A stretch of 62,171 nt of DNA, the filler included. It is 5 parts of 5 records of this genome, joined end to end, with 100 filler letters (N's around TTAATTAATTAA, not from the genome) between each part and the next. Parts side by side here need not be neighbours in the genome. Positions count along the whole stretch, not along the records: positions 1 to 30,058 come from SRR2962707_1463; positions 30,159 to 38,901 come from SRR2962707_1468; 3 more parts are not named here. One strand, 5' to 3'. The position numbers and the translations under genes were made by a program. Below, piece after piece: positions 27,920 through 37,854 of this stretch (the stretch's first letter is position 1; every line of letters starts with the position of its first letter). Under the pieces are notes generated by a model. The model saw only the letters and a program-made list of their open reading frames with translations. It was not told where the DNA came from and searched no databases.

Positions 27920-28945
27920 TCAAATCCCTTTCATCACAGGAATATTGCGACCCCCTTCCGTTTTGACAAGCTGATTACGCTCAAATCGCACCTGCCGAGG
28001 AGAAACCCCAAAGTGCTCACGAAAACTTGCTGCAAAATGTGACGGATTGGAAAATCCCGTCACCTGACCGACGTCGGTCAGCAAAATAGAAGTGTCCTGT
28101 AGCAAACGTTTCGCGGCTTCCAGTCGAATACGGCGGTAAAACCTCATCGCGGATTGCCCCAGTTCGTTCTGAAACAGGCGCTGAAGCTGACGGTCACCCA
28201 GCCCCACCAACCCCGAAATTTGGCGAAGACTTAGCGGATCCGCCAAATGGCTTTCCATCAACCCGACAGCCGCCACAAGGTCGCCATTGCGCAGGCCATA
28301 ACGGGCGCCCGGCCCCGACTGTTGTGGGTCATTGGCCTCTCTGACCTGTGTGTGAATAAACCAATCCGAGATACGTCTGGCAAATTGTGCCCCGTGATGC
28401 GCGGAAACAAGAGCATGCATCATGTCCAACGGCGCCGCACCCCCCGCGCAGGTATACCGATCTCGGTCAATCACAAAAAGACGACGCTCCATCAAGAAGG
28501 CATCCGAGAGGGCCCTAAGAGCCTCAAAATGTTGCCAGTGAACGGTAAACCGTCGTCCCGTCATCAATCCGGCCTCTGCCAGAACGACCGACCCACCAGA
28601 GATACCCCCCAAAGGTACGCCATGCGCAGACAACGCCCTTAGAAAGTTACTCAATCCCGCATGATGAAAGCCCAACGGCTCCCCTCCGGCAACAACAAAC
28701 ACGAGGTCAAAATTGCGCCCTGCGGTGGCTAATGGCTGAGTGTCAAAGCACCCACCGACTGTGGATCGGGCGACTGCGCCATCAATCGACAAAAACACGA
28801 GGTCATAAAGACCCCGCTCCGCTAACAGATTTGCAGCGCGCAACGGTTCCACCGCCGCGGCCATCGACATCAACGCGAAACCGTCCAGCAAAACAAACCC
28901 AATACGTTTTGACCGCTCAAAGCTGTGCTTCACTGATTCCGTCAT
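27920..28945 (-). CDS. GlxA family transcriptional regulator
   Basis: AVEPLRAAN, FTVHW, TCAGG, AraC HTH; divergent from soxB/mgdA. Confidence 0.9.
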   Translation of the reverse strand: MTESVKHSFERSKRIGFVLLDGFALMSMAAAVEPLRAANLLAERGLYDLVFLSIDGAVARSTVGGCFDTQPLATAGRNFDLVFVVAGGEPLGFHHAGLSNFLRALSAHGVPLGGISGGSVVLAEAGLMTGRRFTVHWQHFEALRALSDAFLMERRLFVIDRDRYTCAGGAAPLDMMHALVSAHHGAQFARRISDWFIHTQVREANDPQQSGPGARYGLRNGDLVAAVGLMESHLADPLSLRQISGLVGLGDRQLQRLFQNELGQSAMRFYRRIRLEAAKRLLQDTSILLTDVGQVTGFSNPSHFAASFREHFGVSPRQVRFERNQLVKTEGGRNIPVMKGI

Positions 28946-28976
28946 TTTTGGAACACTTTCTGTCTGTTTTTCGACA
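28941..28976. promoter_or_regulatory. Candidate GlxA/AraC tandem binding site
   Basis: GTCATTTTTGGAACA (28941) and GTCTGTTTTTCGACA (28962), direct repeats 21 bp apart. Confidence 0.45.
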
Positions 28977-29029
28977 CATCCAAGATGTAGCAAACTGCTA
29001 GTCTTTGGACAACAATTGCTGAGGGCTCC

Positions 29030-30058
29030 ATGCGTTATTCCGCTTTACGTGTACTCAAAGAGGGCCTGACCGGGCACAAAGGATGGAAACCCGTTTGGCG
29101 CGACCCGCCTCCTCAACCCGGTTATGACATCGTGATTGTCGGCGGCGGTGGCCATGGTCTTGCGACGGCGCATTATCTGGCAAAGACCTTTCGGAAAAAG
29201 CGCATCGCGGTCTTGGAAAAGGGCTGGATCGGCGGCGGGAACGTTGGCCGCAATACAACAATTATCCGCTCGAACTACCTCTTGGACGGCAACGAACCCT
29301 TTTACGAATTTTCGCTCAAGCTTTGGGAAGGTTTGGAGCAAGACCTCAACTACAACGCCATGGTCAGTCAACGCGGCGTCTTAAACCTGTGCCATACGGA
29401 CGGCCAGCGCGACGCCTTTCGACGGCGCGGCAATGCCATGTTGCTCAATGGGGCGGATGCCGAGTTACTTGATACCAAGGCCGTCCGCAAAATGGCGCCC
29501 TTCCTGAATTTCGACAACGCCCGGTTTCCTATCAAAGGCGGATTGCTGCAACGGCGTGGCGGAACTGTGCGTCATGATGCCGTCGCTTGGGGATATGCCC
29601 GTTCGGCAGATTCACACGATGTCGACATCATTCAAAACTGCGAAGTCACCGGTTTTCGGACCGAAGACGGGCGAATCAAAGGCGTCGAAACCACACGCGG
29701 ATACATCGCAGCCGGCAAAGTTGGCGTCAGCGTTGCTGGCAGTTCCAGCCGTGTGTTGGCCATGGCAGGTTTACGTTTGCCAATTGAAAGTCACGTATTG
29801 CAAGCCTTTGTCAGCGAAGGGCTGAAGCCTGTTCTTCCCGGCGTTATCACCTTTGGCGCCGGTCATTTCTATGTCAGTCAATCCGACAAAGGCGGACTTG
29901 TGTTCGGAGGCGACATTGACGGGTACAACTCATATGCCCAGCGCGGCAACTTACCTGTCGTTGAAGACGTTGCCGAAGGCGGTATGGCGTTAATGCCAAT
30001 GATTGGCCGCGCGCGCCTGTTACGGATGTGGGGCGGCATCATGGACATGTCGATGGAC
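29030..30058 (+). CDS. soxB: Sarcosine oxidase beta subunit family / N-methylglutamate dehydrogenase MgdA, 3'-truncated
   Basis: GGGGHGLATA, GRNTTIIRSNY, RHDAVAWGYAR, ESHVLQAFVSE; runs into linker. Confidence 0.9.
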
Positions 30059-30158
30059 NNNNNNNNNNNNNNNNNNNNNNNNNNNNNNNNNNNNNNNNNN
30101 NNTTAATTAATTAANNNNNNNNNNNNNNNNNNNNNNNNNNNNNNNNNNNNNNNNNNNN
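30059..30158. other. Artificial contig linker
   Basis: 44 N + TTAATTAATTAA (stops in six frames) + 44 N. Confidence 0.99.
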
Positions 30159-30234
30159 AGACGAAGGGGATGAGCAGCACGCACATCAGCCCGTAAAGGG
30201 CCACCTTCATGCGGGGGCTGAGGTCAGTTTTCAT
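30159..30234 (-). CDS. Carbohydrate ABC permease 2, N-terminal fragment
   Basis: ATG 30234 gives MKTDLSPRMKVALYGLMCVLLIPFV, overlapping the preceding permease stop; truncated by contig end. Confidence 0.7.
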
Positions 30235-31141
30235 AAAAGACGATCCGCTTGCGCAGTTGCCACTGGGCGAAGGTCAGCACCGCGACGATTGTGAACAGCA
30301 GGATCGACAGGGTCGAGCCATAGCCGAAGAAGTGGAACTGGAAGGCCTGCTGATAGAGGTAATAGACCAGTACCGTCGTGGTCATGCCCGGCCCGCCCTG
30401 GGTCAGCACGGCGATCTGCGCAAACACCTGCAGCGACCCCACAATGGTGATGATCGAAGTCAGCAGAATTGTCGGCGAGATCATTGGCAGGGTGATGCGG
30501 CGGAACTGTTTGAAGCGCCCGGCGCCATCGACGCGGGCGGCCTCATAGAGTTCCTTGGGAACGCCCTGCAACGCTGCCAGGAACAGCACCATGTTGAGCC
30601 CGACATTCTTGAACACCTGCACCACGACCACCGAAATCATCGCCGTCGTGGGGGTGCGCAGCCAGTTCGGCCCTTCAATGCCGATGAGCGAGAGCAGCCC
30701 GTTAATGCCGCCATTGGCCTGCAACAGGAAGCTCCAGACAATCGTCCAGGCGACCAGCGATACGACCACGGGCGAAAAGAACAGGGTGCGGAAGACGACC
30801 ATGCCTTTCAGCTTCTGGTCGAGAAGCACGGCCAGCAGCAGGGCCAGCGCCATGTTGAAAATAACCAGGCCCGCCGAAAAGATCGCCGAGGCGAGCAGCA
30901 CGGCCGGCAGGTTCGGGTCATTGAGCAGCATCTGGTAGTTGGCGGCGCCCACAAAGTTGAAACTGGACGCCAACACGTTCCACTCATGCAGCGAATACCA
31001 GAACACCAGCCCCAACGGCACGAGCACGAAGGTGATGATGCCGATCAGTTGCGGCGCGATGAACACATAGCCCGCCGCCGCATCGCGCCGGTTCATGGTC
31101 CAGAAGGGAGGCTTGTGCGGGGCTTGAGAGGATTGAGACAT
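30224..31141 (-). CDS. Carbohydrate ABC transporter permease
   Basis: FVGAANY, FLAALQGVPKELYEAARVDGA EAA loop, TQGGPG. Confidence 0.95.
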   Translation of the reverse strand: MSQSSQAPHKPPFWTMNRRDAAAGYVFIAPQLIGIITFVLVPLGLVFWYSLHEWNVLASSFNFVGAANYQMLLNDPNLPAVLLASAIFSAGLVIFNMALALLLAVLLDQKLKGMVVFRTLFFSPVVVSLVAWTIVWSFLLQANGGINGLLSLIGIEGPNWLRTPTTAMISVVVVQVFKNVGLNMVLFLAALQGVPKELYEAARVDGAGRFKQFRRITLPMISPTILLTSIITIVGSLQVFAQIAVLTQGGPGMTTTVLVYYLYQQAFQFHFFGYGSTLSILLFTIVAVLTFAQWQLRKRIVFYEN

Positions 31142-31198
31142 GGCGGTTCCTGCGTCTCCCTCCCCGCAAGGGGGAGGGAGGGGGCGGTCGTTGTTGGT

Positions 31199-32470
31199 TC
31201 AGCGTGCCAAAAGCGGGCTCACGCTGGAACACACATTTCCGAGCACGGCGGCCACGTCGGCTTCCGGCACCCAGAGCGCGTCCAGACCCGAGCGGATGGT
31301 CTGCTGGATCTGGGCGAAATTGGTGTGGCCCGGCAGGACCACGCCACGCGAAATCCCATCGACCACGACGGTCTGGATCTGCTCGACGGAAAGCAGCGGA
31401 TTTGTGGTGGAGAGCGTGTCGGCATTGAGCAGGCTCTCGCGGGCCGGCGGGAAGAACTGGGCCAGTTTCTCGCTGTTTTCCGGATTGGTCATATAGGCCA
31501 GGAATTCCACGGCAACGTCCTTGTTGGCGCTGCGCTCGAACACGCCGACACCGGCCTGGCCGATGACGTAATACTCGCCGGCCGGACCGGCGGGCAGCGG
31601 CACCAGATCCCAGTCGAACGGGTCTTCCTTGGGCAGCAGCGAGGCGCGCGAAATCTGGGTGATGGTCATGGCCGCATCACCAGCAAAGAAATCGACTGTC
31701 TCGCCCGGACCGGGCATGCCGCCATCAACGAAGATCGCGTTGTGGATGGCGCTCATGGCGTCGACCATGGGCTGGTCGGCCAGGGCGCAGCTCTTGCCAT
31801 CGGCGCTCCAGGGATCGGCACCCCAGCCACGCCAGATCGAGGCCAGGTTCTGCCAGGTCTGGAAATTGAAGTCGCGCACCACCAGGCCATCGGCCTCGCC
31901 GGCATCTGCCACGGCCTTGGCAGTGGCAAAGGCATTGTCCCAATTCCATTCGCCCGCTTCGATCAGCTCGGCCGGGGTCCTGGCACCGGCAGCGGCGATC
32001 AGGTCATTATTGGCAAACATCGCAAAGGGCGAGGTGGAGAAGGGATAGGCGTAAAGCTGCCCGTCCCGGGTCCACAGCTCGCTTGCCGGGATCGAAAGGT
32101 CCCACAGATCATAGCCTTCAATGGTCGAAAAGGTTTCGTTCAGGGGCGCCAGGGCGCCGGAATTGACGAAGTCGGCCGCAGAGGTTTCCAGGATCCAGGC
32201 CAGATCCGGCGGATTGCCGCCCGCGATCTGGGTGGTCAGGGTCGTGGTATAGCTGTCGAAGGGAATGGAATCGAAGCTGACCGTCACATTGGGATGGCTT
32301 TGGGTAAAGCCGGCGGCAATCTCGTTGAACATGGCCAGATGCGCCTCATTGGCACTCCAGATCGTCATGCGCAGTTCGACGCTGTCCTGCGCCCAGGCGG
32401 TGCCGGCGGCAGCCAGCCCCAATAGAATGCCCAGGCTTGCGGCCGAGGTCTTGAGATATCTCGTTTTCAT
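31199..32470 (-). CDS. Carbohydrate ABC transporter substrate-binding protein
   Basis: Signal peptide, AGGNPPDL, DGQLYAYP, WNWD, WDLVPLP typical of family 1 SBPs. Confidence 0.92.
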   Translation of the reverse strand: MKTRYLKTSAASLGILLGLAAAGTAWAQDSVELRMTIWSANEAHLAMFNEIAAGFTQSHPNVTVSFDSIPFDSYTTTLTTQIAGGNPPDLAWILETSAADFVNSGALAPLNETFSTIEGYDLWDLSIPASELWTRDGQLYAYPFSTSPFAMFANNDLIAAAGARTPAELIEAGEWNWDNAFATAKAVADAGEADGLVVRDFNFQTWQNLASIWRGWGADPWSADGKSCALADQPMVDAMSAIHNAIFVDGGMPGPGETVDFFAGDAAMTITQISRASLLPKEDPFDWDLVPLPAGPAGEYYVIGQAGVGVFERSANKDVAVEFLAYMTNPENSEKLAQFFPPARESLLNADTLSTTNPLLSVEQIQTVVVDGISRGVVLPGHTNFAQIQQTIRSGLDALWVPEADVAAVLGNVCSSVSPLLAR

Positions 32471-32490
32471 GGTTTCTCCTCCTGATGATT

Positions 32491-34104
32491 TCAGTATCCG
32501 CGCACGTCGGGCCAGCGGATCTCGATCCCTTCCGCATACAGACGTGCCTGGAATTGGGTGAGCAGGGCATCGTCCGCCTGCACCTGATGCGGCGTCAGCC
32601 CGTTATTGAGGCAGTGGGCGGCCAATAGTCCGGCCACTTCGCCGACATTCCACTCCACCGGATGCAGGCGATAACAGCCATTGGTGATGTGGGTGGTGCC
32701 CAAATTCTTGCCACCGGGCAGCAGGTTCTTGACACGCCTGGGCAGCAGCGCGCCGAGCGGAATTTCGAACGGCGCTGATTCCACATCGACATAATTGTCG
32801 CCGCCCGTGGAGGGGTGCAGGTCGATGCGGTACATGCCGACCCCGACGCTGTCGCGGTAGTGCCTGGACAGATTGTTGCCATGGATGGTCATGGACACAT
32901 CCTGCTCGACGATCCGGGTGACCGGCAGGATGCGGCGGCTTTCGCGGATATAGGGGGCCATGGCCAGCCCATGATCGGTGCCGGTCACATCGCCGCGCAG
33001 CCGCAGGCCAGGGAAGCCCTGGCCGCCATCGACGCGCGGCGCCTCGGTCTGCAGCCAATAGAAGACGGAATAGGAGAGGTCTGCCGCGCTCTTGAGATGG
33101 GCGGCCTTTTCCTCGTCGGACACGTCGATGATGGAGCCTTCCATATAGTCGATCATCGGCCAGTTCGCGAGGCAGATATCCGAGCCATAGGCGCTGGGCA
33201 CGAAATTGCGGCGGGCGGCAATGCGCCGGAAGGTCCAGAGATTGCCATCGCCCGCATTGCGACGCTGATCGGCATCGACCAGCAGCGGATCGTCATCAGG
33301 ATTGGGCGTGAAGCTGCGCTCGGTGATTTCCAGCGTGCGTGGATGCGGCGCCTTGAAGCCGAGTAGCGGGCCGCCCCAGAAATCGGGCTGGTACTGGCGC
33401 CAGAAATCGTAATTGGCCGGTTTGTCGATCACGTGATTGCCATCGACATGGTCCATGGCAAAGCAGATCGAGACGGCCTGCACATTGTCCGGCTGCGCTT
33501 CGGCGGGCGCGCTGGGTTCGCTGGTATCGGACTGCGCCTCAAAACCGGTGGCATATTCGGTGCCGGTCAGTGGCAGCAGGTCGCCCAGTTCGGTGGCGTC
33601 GACCACGAAGGGCGCCGAGACCACGATACGGTCAGTGCTGTCGCGGTGTTGCAAGGTCACGGCGCGGACGATGTCGCCATCCATTTCGGCCGCGACCGGC
33701 CGCCAGGGTTGCAGCACGCTCAATTGCCCACCGCCGCGCCAGGGGGCGAGCATGGCCTCGATCACCGCCACGCCAACGCGCGGTTCGGCGCAGAGCCGGC
33801 TGACCCAGCCGGCGCCGGGATTGAGATCGCCCCAGGCGCGGCTGGCCTCGGTCAATGGGAAGTGGTCGCGGTAATATTGCCGGATGCCATTGCGGAGCTG
33901 GCGATAGGAACGGGTGATGCCGAATTGCTCGACCCAGCTATGTTCGTCCGGCGGCACGGCCTGGCTGGTGAGCTGGCCACCCAGCCAGTCGAATTCTTCG
34001 GTGAGGATGACGGTGCGTCCGGCCCGCAGGGCGCCAAGGGCCGCGGCAACGCCGCCCAGGCCACCACCAACAACGAGCAGGTCGGCAGAATAGTCTTTGG
34101 TCAT
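32491..34104 (-). CDS. FAD-dependent oxidoreductase of unknown substrate
   Basis: GGGLGGVAAA, WLGGQLTSQ, DATELGD, PYIRESRR, YRIDLH, IPLGALLP, THITNGCYRLHPVEWNVGE. Confidence 0.88.
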   Translation of the reverse strand: MTKDYSADLLVVGGGLGGVAAALGALRAGRTVILTEEFDWLGGQLTSQAVPPDEHSWVEQFGITRSYRQLRNGIRQYYRDHFPLTEASRAWGDLNPGAGWVSRLCAEPRVGVAVIEAMLAPWRGGGQLSVLQPWRPVAAEMDGDIVRAVTLQHRDSTDRIVVSAPFVVDATELGDLLPLTGTEYATGFEAQSDTSEPSAPAEAQPDNVQAVSICFAMDHVDGNHVIDKPANYDFWRQYQPDFWGGPLLGFKAPHPRTLEITERSFTPNPDDDPLLVDADQRRNAGDGNLWTFRRIAARRNFVPSAYGSDICLANWPMIDYMEGSIIDVSDEEKAAHLKSAADLSYSVFYWLQTEAPRVDGGQGFPGLRLRGDVTGTDHGLAMAPYIRESRRILPVTRIVEQDVSMTIHGNNLSRHYRDSVGVGMYRIDLHPSTGGDNYVDVESAPFEIPLGALLPRRVKNLLPGGKNLGTTHITNGCYRLHPVEWNVGEVAGLLAAHCLNNGLTPHQVQADDALLTQFQARLYAEGIEIRWPDVRGY

Positions 34105-35135
34105 GGGGTCTTCTTGGTTTTGGAGGAGGGCGCGCCAAGGGTGTCACCCTCGAGCGGTTCGCAGGGCAGCAGGAGCTGCTCGACCGGCGCATCGTGCTCG
34201 ACACGGCGCACCAGCATTTCGGTGGCGGCGCGCGCCATGGCCTCGCGCGGAATGGCAAAGGAGGTGAACCGGCGGCCCGGTTCGTCGGCGCGGATATGGT
34301 TGCCCAAAACGACGATCGAGAGATCGCCAGGCACCGACAGCCCGCGTTCACGGGCCGCCTGTTCGACCCGCACGGCATCGGCCAGTTCGGTAAAGAACAG
34401 GCAGGTCGCACCGGCGGCGGTCAGAATGTCGAGCGTTTCACCGGCCGGCCGGCCGACATCGAAAATGCTGGCGACCAGTTCGTCTTCGCCCACGCTCCGG
34501 CTGAAGCCGTACCAGCGGTCGAGTGTGGATTCGGCGCCTTCATTGAGGCCGACATAGGCAAGCCGGCTATGGCCCAGCGAACGGGCGCGTTCGACCAGCG
34601 CGGCGGTGGCCGGCGCATAGTCGCCACCGACATAGGGCACGGGCCCGCCGGCATCGTCGCGGCGGCCCACGGCGACGAAGGGAAAATCACCGGCCACCAA
34701 GCGCGCCAGTTCGGTATTGTCGAATTTGCGGCCCAGGATCAGGCAGCCATCGGCCAGGCGGAGCCTCGCATTCTCGCCAAAGATCTTGCGTTCCTTGCCC
34801 GCTCCAGTGAGCAACAGCAGGTCGTAGCCCTTATCCTGGGCGGCCTCTTCGATGCCGAACAGGAACGGGGTGAAGAAATCGGCCTGGCCTGAGGGGAAGG
34901 CCGGCTCATAGGTGAACACACCCAGAATGCGGTTGAGGCCCTTGACCATGCGGCGGGCGACAGGGTCGGCCACATAGCCAGTGTCGCGAATGGCTTTTTC
35001 GACGCGCTCGCGCGTTTCGGCGGGGATGCGGTTGCGGCTGTCAGGCGTGCCATTGAGCACCAGGGACACGGTCGCCTGGCTGACGCCGGCAAGTTGTGCA
35101 ATGTCCTTCTGGGTCAGCCGTTTCGTCGGCGCCAT
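34101..35135 (-). CDS. LacI family transcriptional regulator
   Basis: TQKDIAQLAGVSQATVSLVLN HTH; VPGDLSIV; GGAGG RBS. Confidence 0.95.
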   Translation of the reverse strand: MAPTKRLTQKDIAQLAGVSQATVSLVLNGTPDSRNRIPAETRERVEKAIRDTGYVADPVARRMVKGLNRILGVFTYEPAFPSGQADFFTPFLFGIEEAAQDKGYDLLLLTGAGKERKIFGENARLRLADGCLILGRKFDNTELARLVAGDFPFVAVGRRDDAGGPVPYVGGDYAPATAALVERARSLGHSRLAYVGLNEGAESTLDRWYGFSRSVGEDELVASIFDVGRPAGETLDILTAAGATCLFFTELADAVRVEQAARERGLSVPGDLSIVVLGNHIRADEPGRRFTSFAIPREAMARAATEMLVRRVEHDAPVEQLLLPCEPLEGDTLGAPSSKTKKTP

Positions 35136-35150
35136 GCTATCCTCCCTCGC

Positions 35151-35205
35151 TGCTAATGCGTATTATCGCTGATACGTATTAGCAAGCTTGGAACCGTGAT
35201 GTCAA
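35151..35205 (-). promoter_or_regulatory. Sigma70-type promoter overlapped by tandem LacI-type operators
   Basis: TTGACA on minus strand at 35205-35200; near-palindromes TAATGCGTATTA (35154-35165) and TGATACGTATTA (35170-35181) with central CG. Confidence 0.7.
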
Positions 35206-35313
35206 TCCGGCGCCGGGAGTCGGGAGCAGGCGGGGCAATTGCCCGCGCCCATTCCCGGATCAGGGGGAGATGAAGACCCCGGCCGCCCGCAGCTCAGCGG
35301 GTTCGGCCCGAGC

Positions 35314-35733
35314 CTATAATGTCTTGGACAGAAAGCTGCGGGTCCGACCCTTGGGAAAGTCCGGCAGGCTGCCGAATGCCGTATAGCCGGAGCGCTGATA
35401 GGTCTTCAGCGCCTGGGGATTGAAGGTGTCGATATAGGCGCCGTGGCAGCCCCGGCCCCTTGCTTCGGCCTCGGCCAGCTCCAGCATGCGTCCGGCCAGC
35501 TTGCGGCCGCGCTGACCTTCTGCCACCCAGAGCCATTGCACATAGAGCCAGCCCCAGGCGGTATAGCCGGAAAGGCCCGCCACCACGTCGCCGTCGACAT
35601 CGCGCACAAAGACTGCCAAAGCCTGGCGCTCGGACGGCCCGACATCGCTCTGGTTGAACGCAGCAAGGGACGCGCCCAGGACCTCAAGGTCCTCAGCCCG
35701 CGGTGTGCCGGTGATTTCAAGCGCCAGAACCAC
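35314..35733 (-). CDS. GNAT family N-acetyltransferase
   Basis: WLYVQWLWVAEGQRGRKLA, DTFNPQALKTYQRSGY; GTG start 2 nt after anmK stop. Confidence 0.88.
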   Translation of the reverse strand: MVLALEITGTPRAEDLEVLGASLAAFNQSDVGPSERQALAVFVRDVDGDVVAGLSGYTAWGWLYVQWLWVAEGQRGRKLAGRMLELAEAEARGRGCHGAYIDTFNPQALKTYQRSGYTAFGSLPDFPKGRTRSFLSKTL

Positions 35734-35735
35734 GC

Positions 35736-36872
35736 TCAGGCCGCCAGCAGGCCGCCGGTCAGCGCATGGGGGGCACCGGTCGTGGTGGGAAAACTGATCG
35801 GCAGGCCGCGCAGCACCCGCACGGCAAGGAGCGCAAAGCATTCTGCCTCGACGGCATCGCCCCGCCAGCCCACCGCCTCGGCGGGGATAGCCTCGACATT
35901 GGCGCGCGTCTGCAACATGGCCATGATGGCCGGATTGTGCCGGCCGCCACCGCAGACGATCAGCCGTTCTGGGCGCTGCGGCAAGAGGTCGAGCGCCTTG
36001 CCCACCGCGCCGGTGGTAAAGGCGGTCAGTGTCGCCGCGCCATCTTCGGCACTCAAGCCATCGGCCATGGTGGCGAGAAAGTCGAAGCGATCGAGCGATT
36101 TGGGGTAGGGGGCAGACAAATAAGGGTGGGTCAGCAGACGCGCCAGACGCTCTTCGTCCACCCTGCCGCGCAAGGCAATTTCGCCATTATGGTCCATATC
36201 GCCAAGGCCCAGGCCTTTGACGAAATCATTGATCGGTGCATTGGCAGGGCCGGTGTCGAAGGCGATCAACTGGTCGGCGCCATCCCAATAGGTGACATTG
36301 GCCACCCCGCCCAGATTGAGCACGGCGGTCTTGCCATCCCTGGCATCAATCAGGCGCAGCAGCGCGCGATGATACAGCGCGGCGAGCGGCGCGCCCTGCC
36401 CGCCGGCGCGCACATCGGCGGAACGGAAATCATAGGCCACCTTTATGCCGGTCAATTCGCGCATCAGCGCGCCATTGCCAAGCTGCCTTGTCGCGCCGAT
36501 GCGGCCCGGTTGCGGCGCGCGATGCAGCACGGACTGGCCGTGAAACCCGATAATACCGATGTCCTCCGGCGTGAGACCGGCCTGTTTGACCAGATCGAGC
36601 ACGGCGGCCGACTGGGCGCGGGTCAGCGCCTCTTCTGCCGCGGCAAAGATCGCCGGTTCGGGGCCATCGAAATTCCAGGTCCGCGCTTGCGCAAGAGTTT
36701 CTTCCAGCGTGTCGCGGATCGATTGCGGGTAGGGCGCCAGCGTATAGGCGCCGAAGCGCTCGATGGTGTCGCCATTCGTGCGCAGCAGCGCCACATCGAT
36801 ATTGCCGTCGAGCACGGTGCCTGTCATCAGCCCCACGGACCAGATTGGTTCGGCGGTATTGTCATGTGGCAT
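35736..36872 (-). CDS. anmK: Anhydro-N-acetylmuramic acid kinase
   Basis: [22 protein letters not shown]...[35 protein letters not shown]. Confidence 0.92.
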   Translation of the reverse strand: MPHDNTAEPIWSVGLMTGTVLDGNIDVALLRTNGDTIERFGAYTLAPYPQSIRDTLEETLAQARTWNFDGPEPAIFAAAEEALTRAQSAAVLDLVKQAGLTPEDIGIIGFHGQSVLHRAPQPGRIGATRQLGNGALMRELTGIKVAYDFRSADVRAGGQGAPLAALYHRALLRLIDARDGKTAVLNLGGVANVTYWDGADQLIAFDTGPANAPINDFVKGLGLGDMDHNGEIALRGRVDEERLARLLTHPYLSAPYPKSLDRFDFLATMADGLSAEDGAATLTAFTTGAVGKALDLLPQRPERLIVCGGGRHNPAIMAMLQTRANVEAIPAEAVGWRGDAVEAECFALLAVRVLRGLPISFPTTTGAPHALTGGLLAA

Positions 36873-37854
36873 TGATGCAGTCTCCTACGGCGCGGCGCAG
36901 CGCAATGATGCCGCTGTCGAAATGGCGGGTGGGGTGGACGCGATTGGTCAGCAGCGTCCAGGCATGGCCGCGATCAAAGTCGATCCACAGGCCCGTGCCG
37001 GTGAACCCGGTATGGCCAATGGTCTGGGGCGAACAGTGTTCGCCGCCTGACCAGCCCTCATAAGGACGCTCCCAGCCATGGGTGCGGCGGCCTGAAACCG
37101 GGGTGCGGATCAAAGTGTCCGGACCGGCAGAATTCAGCTTGGCGGCCGCGAAGTCGAGCACGCTCGATACCGTGCCGAAGAGCCCGGCATGACCGGCGCC
37201 CTCGAGGGCCGAGCAATTGTCGTCATGCACCTCGCCCACCAGCACGCGATGGCGCCAGTAGCAATCCTCGGTGGCGGCGGCCTTGTCCGGATCGGCCGAC
37301 CAGGCAAAGCCCGGGCCCGGGTCCAGCTCGCGGATCCATTTGCCTTCGATGCGTTCAAGGGCAAGGCCGAGCAGGATGAAATTGATGTCCGAATAGACCG
37401 AGGGACCAGCGGCAAATTCGTGCTGCAAGAGGAACGTGCGCAGAAGGTCCGGATCGCGCCCATAGGTATAGAGCGGAAACACCGCCGGGAACGGTGTCTG
37501 ATGCCCCAGGCATTGCCGGAAGGTCACCTTGCGCTCCCAATTGTCGAGATTGTAGTGCCGGAAATCGGGCAGCACGCTCGTCAGCGGCGCATCAAGATCG
37601 ATGCGTCCCGCTTCGGCGAGCGCCAGAATGCGTTCTGTGGTGAACAGCACCTTGGTCAGCGAGGCCAGATCGAACCAGGTGTCTTCGGTAATCGGGTGGC
37701 TGGTCGGCACAGTCTGTGCCTGGCCCATGGCCTTGACGGCCCGGTTGCCGTTCCGGTCGACCACGCCCAGCACGCCGCCGGGAATGCGGCCGGCTTCAAT
37801 GGCGGCGGCCAGTGGGGCAAAGGCGCGATCCAGTTGCGCATCGACAGGCATCAT
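36862..37854 (-). CDS. Serine hydrolase, beta-lactamase family
   Basis: FDLASLTK (SxxK), YSD, GHAGLFG, GHTGFTG, LLTNRVH. Confidence 0.9.
   Translation of the reverse strand: MMPVDAQLDRAFAPLAAAIEAGRIPGGVLGVVDRNGNRAVKAMGQAQTVPTSHPITEDTWFDLASLTKVLFTTERILALAEAGRIDLDAPLTSVLPDFRHYNLDNWERKVTFRQCLGHQTPFPAVFPLYTYGRDPDLLRTFLLQHEFAAGPSVYSDINFILLGLALERIEGKWIRELDPGPGFAWSADPDKAAATEDCYWRHRVLVGEVHDDNCSALEGAGHAGLFGTVSSVLDFAAAKLNSAGPDTLIRTPVSGRRTHGWERPYEGWSGGEHCSPQTIGHTGFTGTGLWIDFDRGHAWTLLTNRVHPTRHFDSGIIALRRAVGDCINAT

Noticed and set aside
30103-30114. TTAATTAATTAA palindrome recurring four times
   Set aside because: Synthetic six-frame stop spacer inside N runs.
30209-32425. 738-aa plus-strand ORF
   Set aside because: Antisense shadow of the ABC permease and SBP in high-GC DNA; no recognisable motifs.
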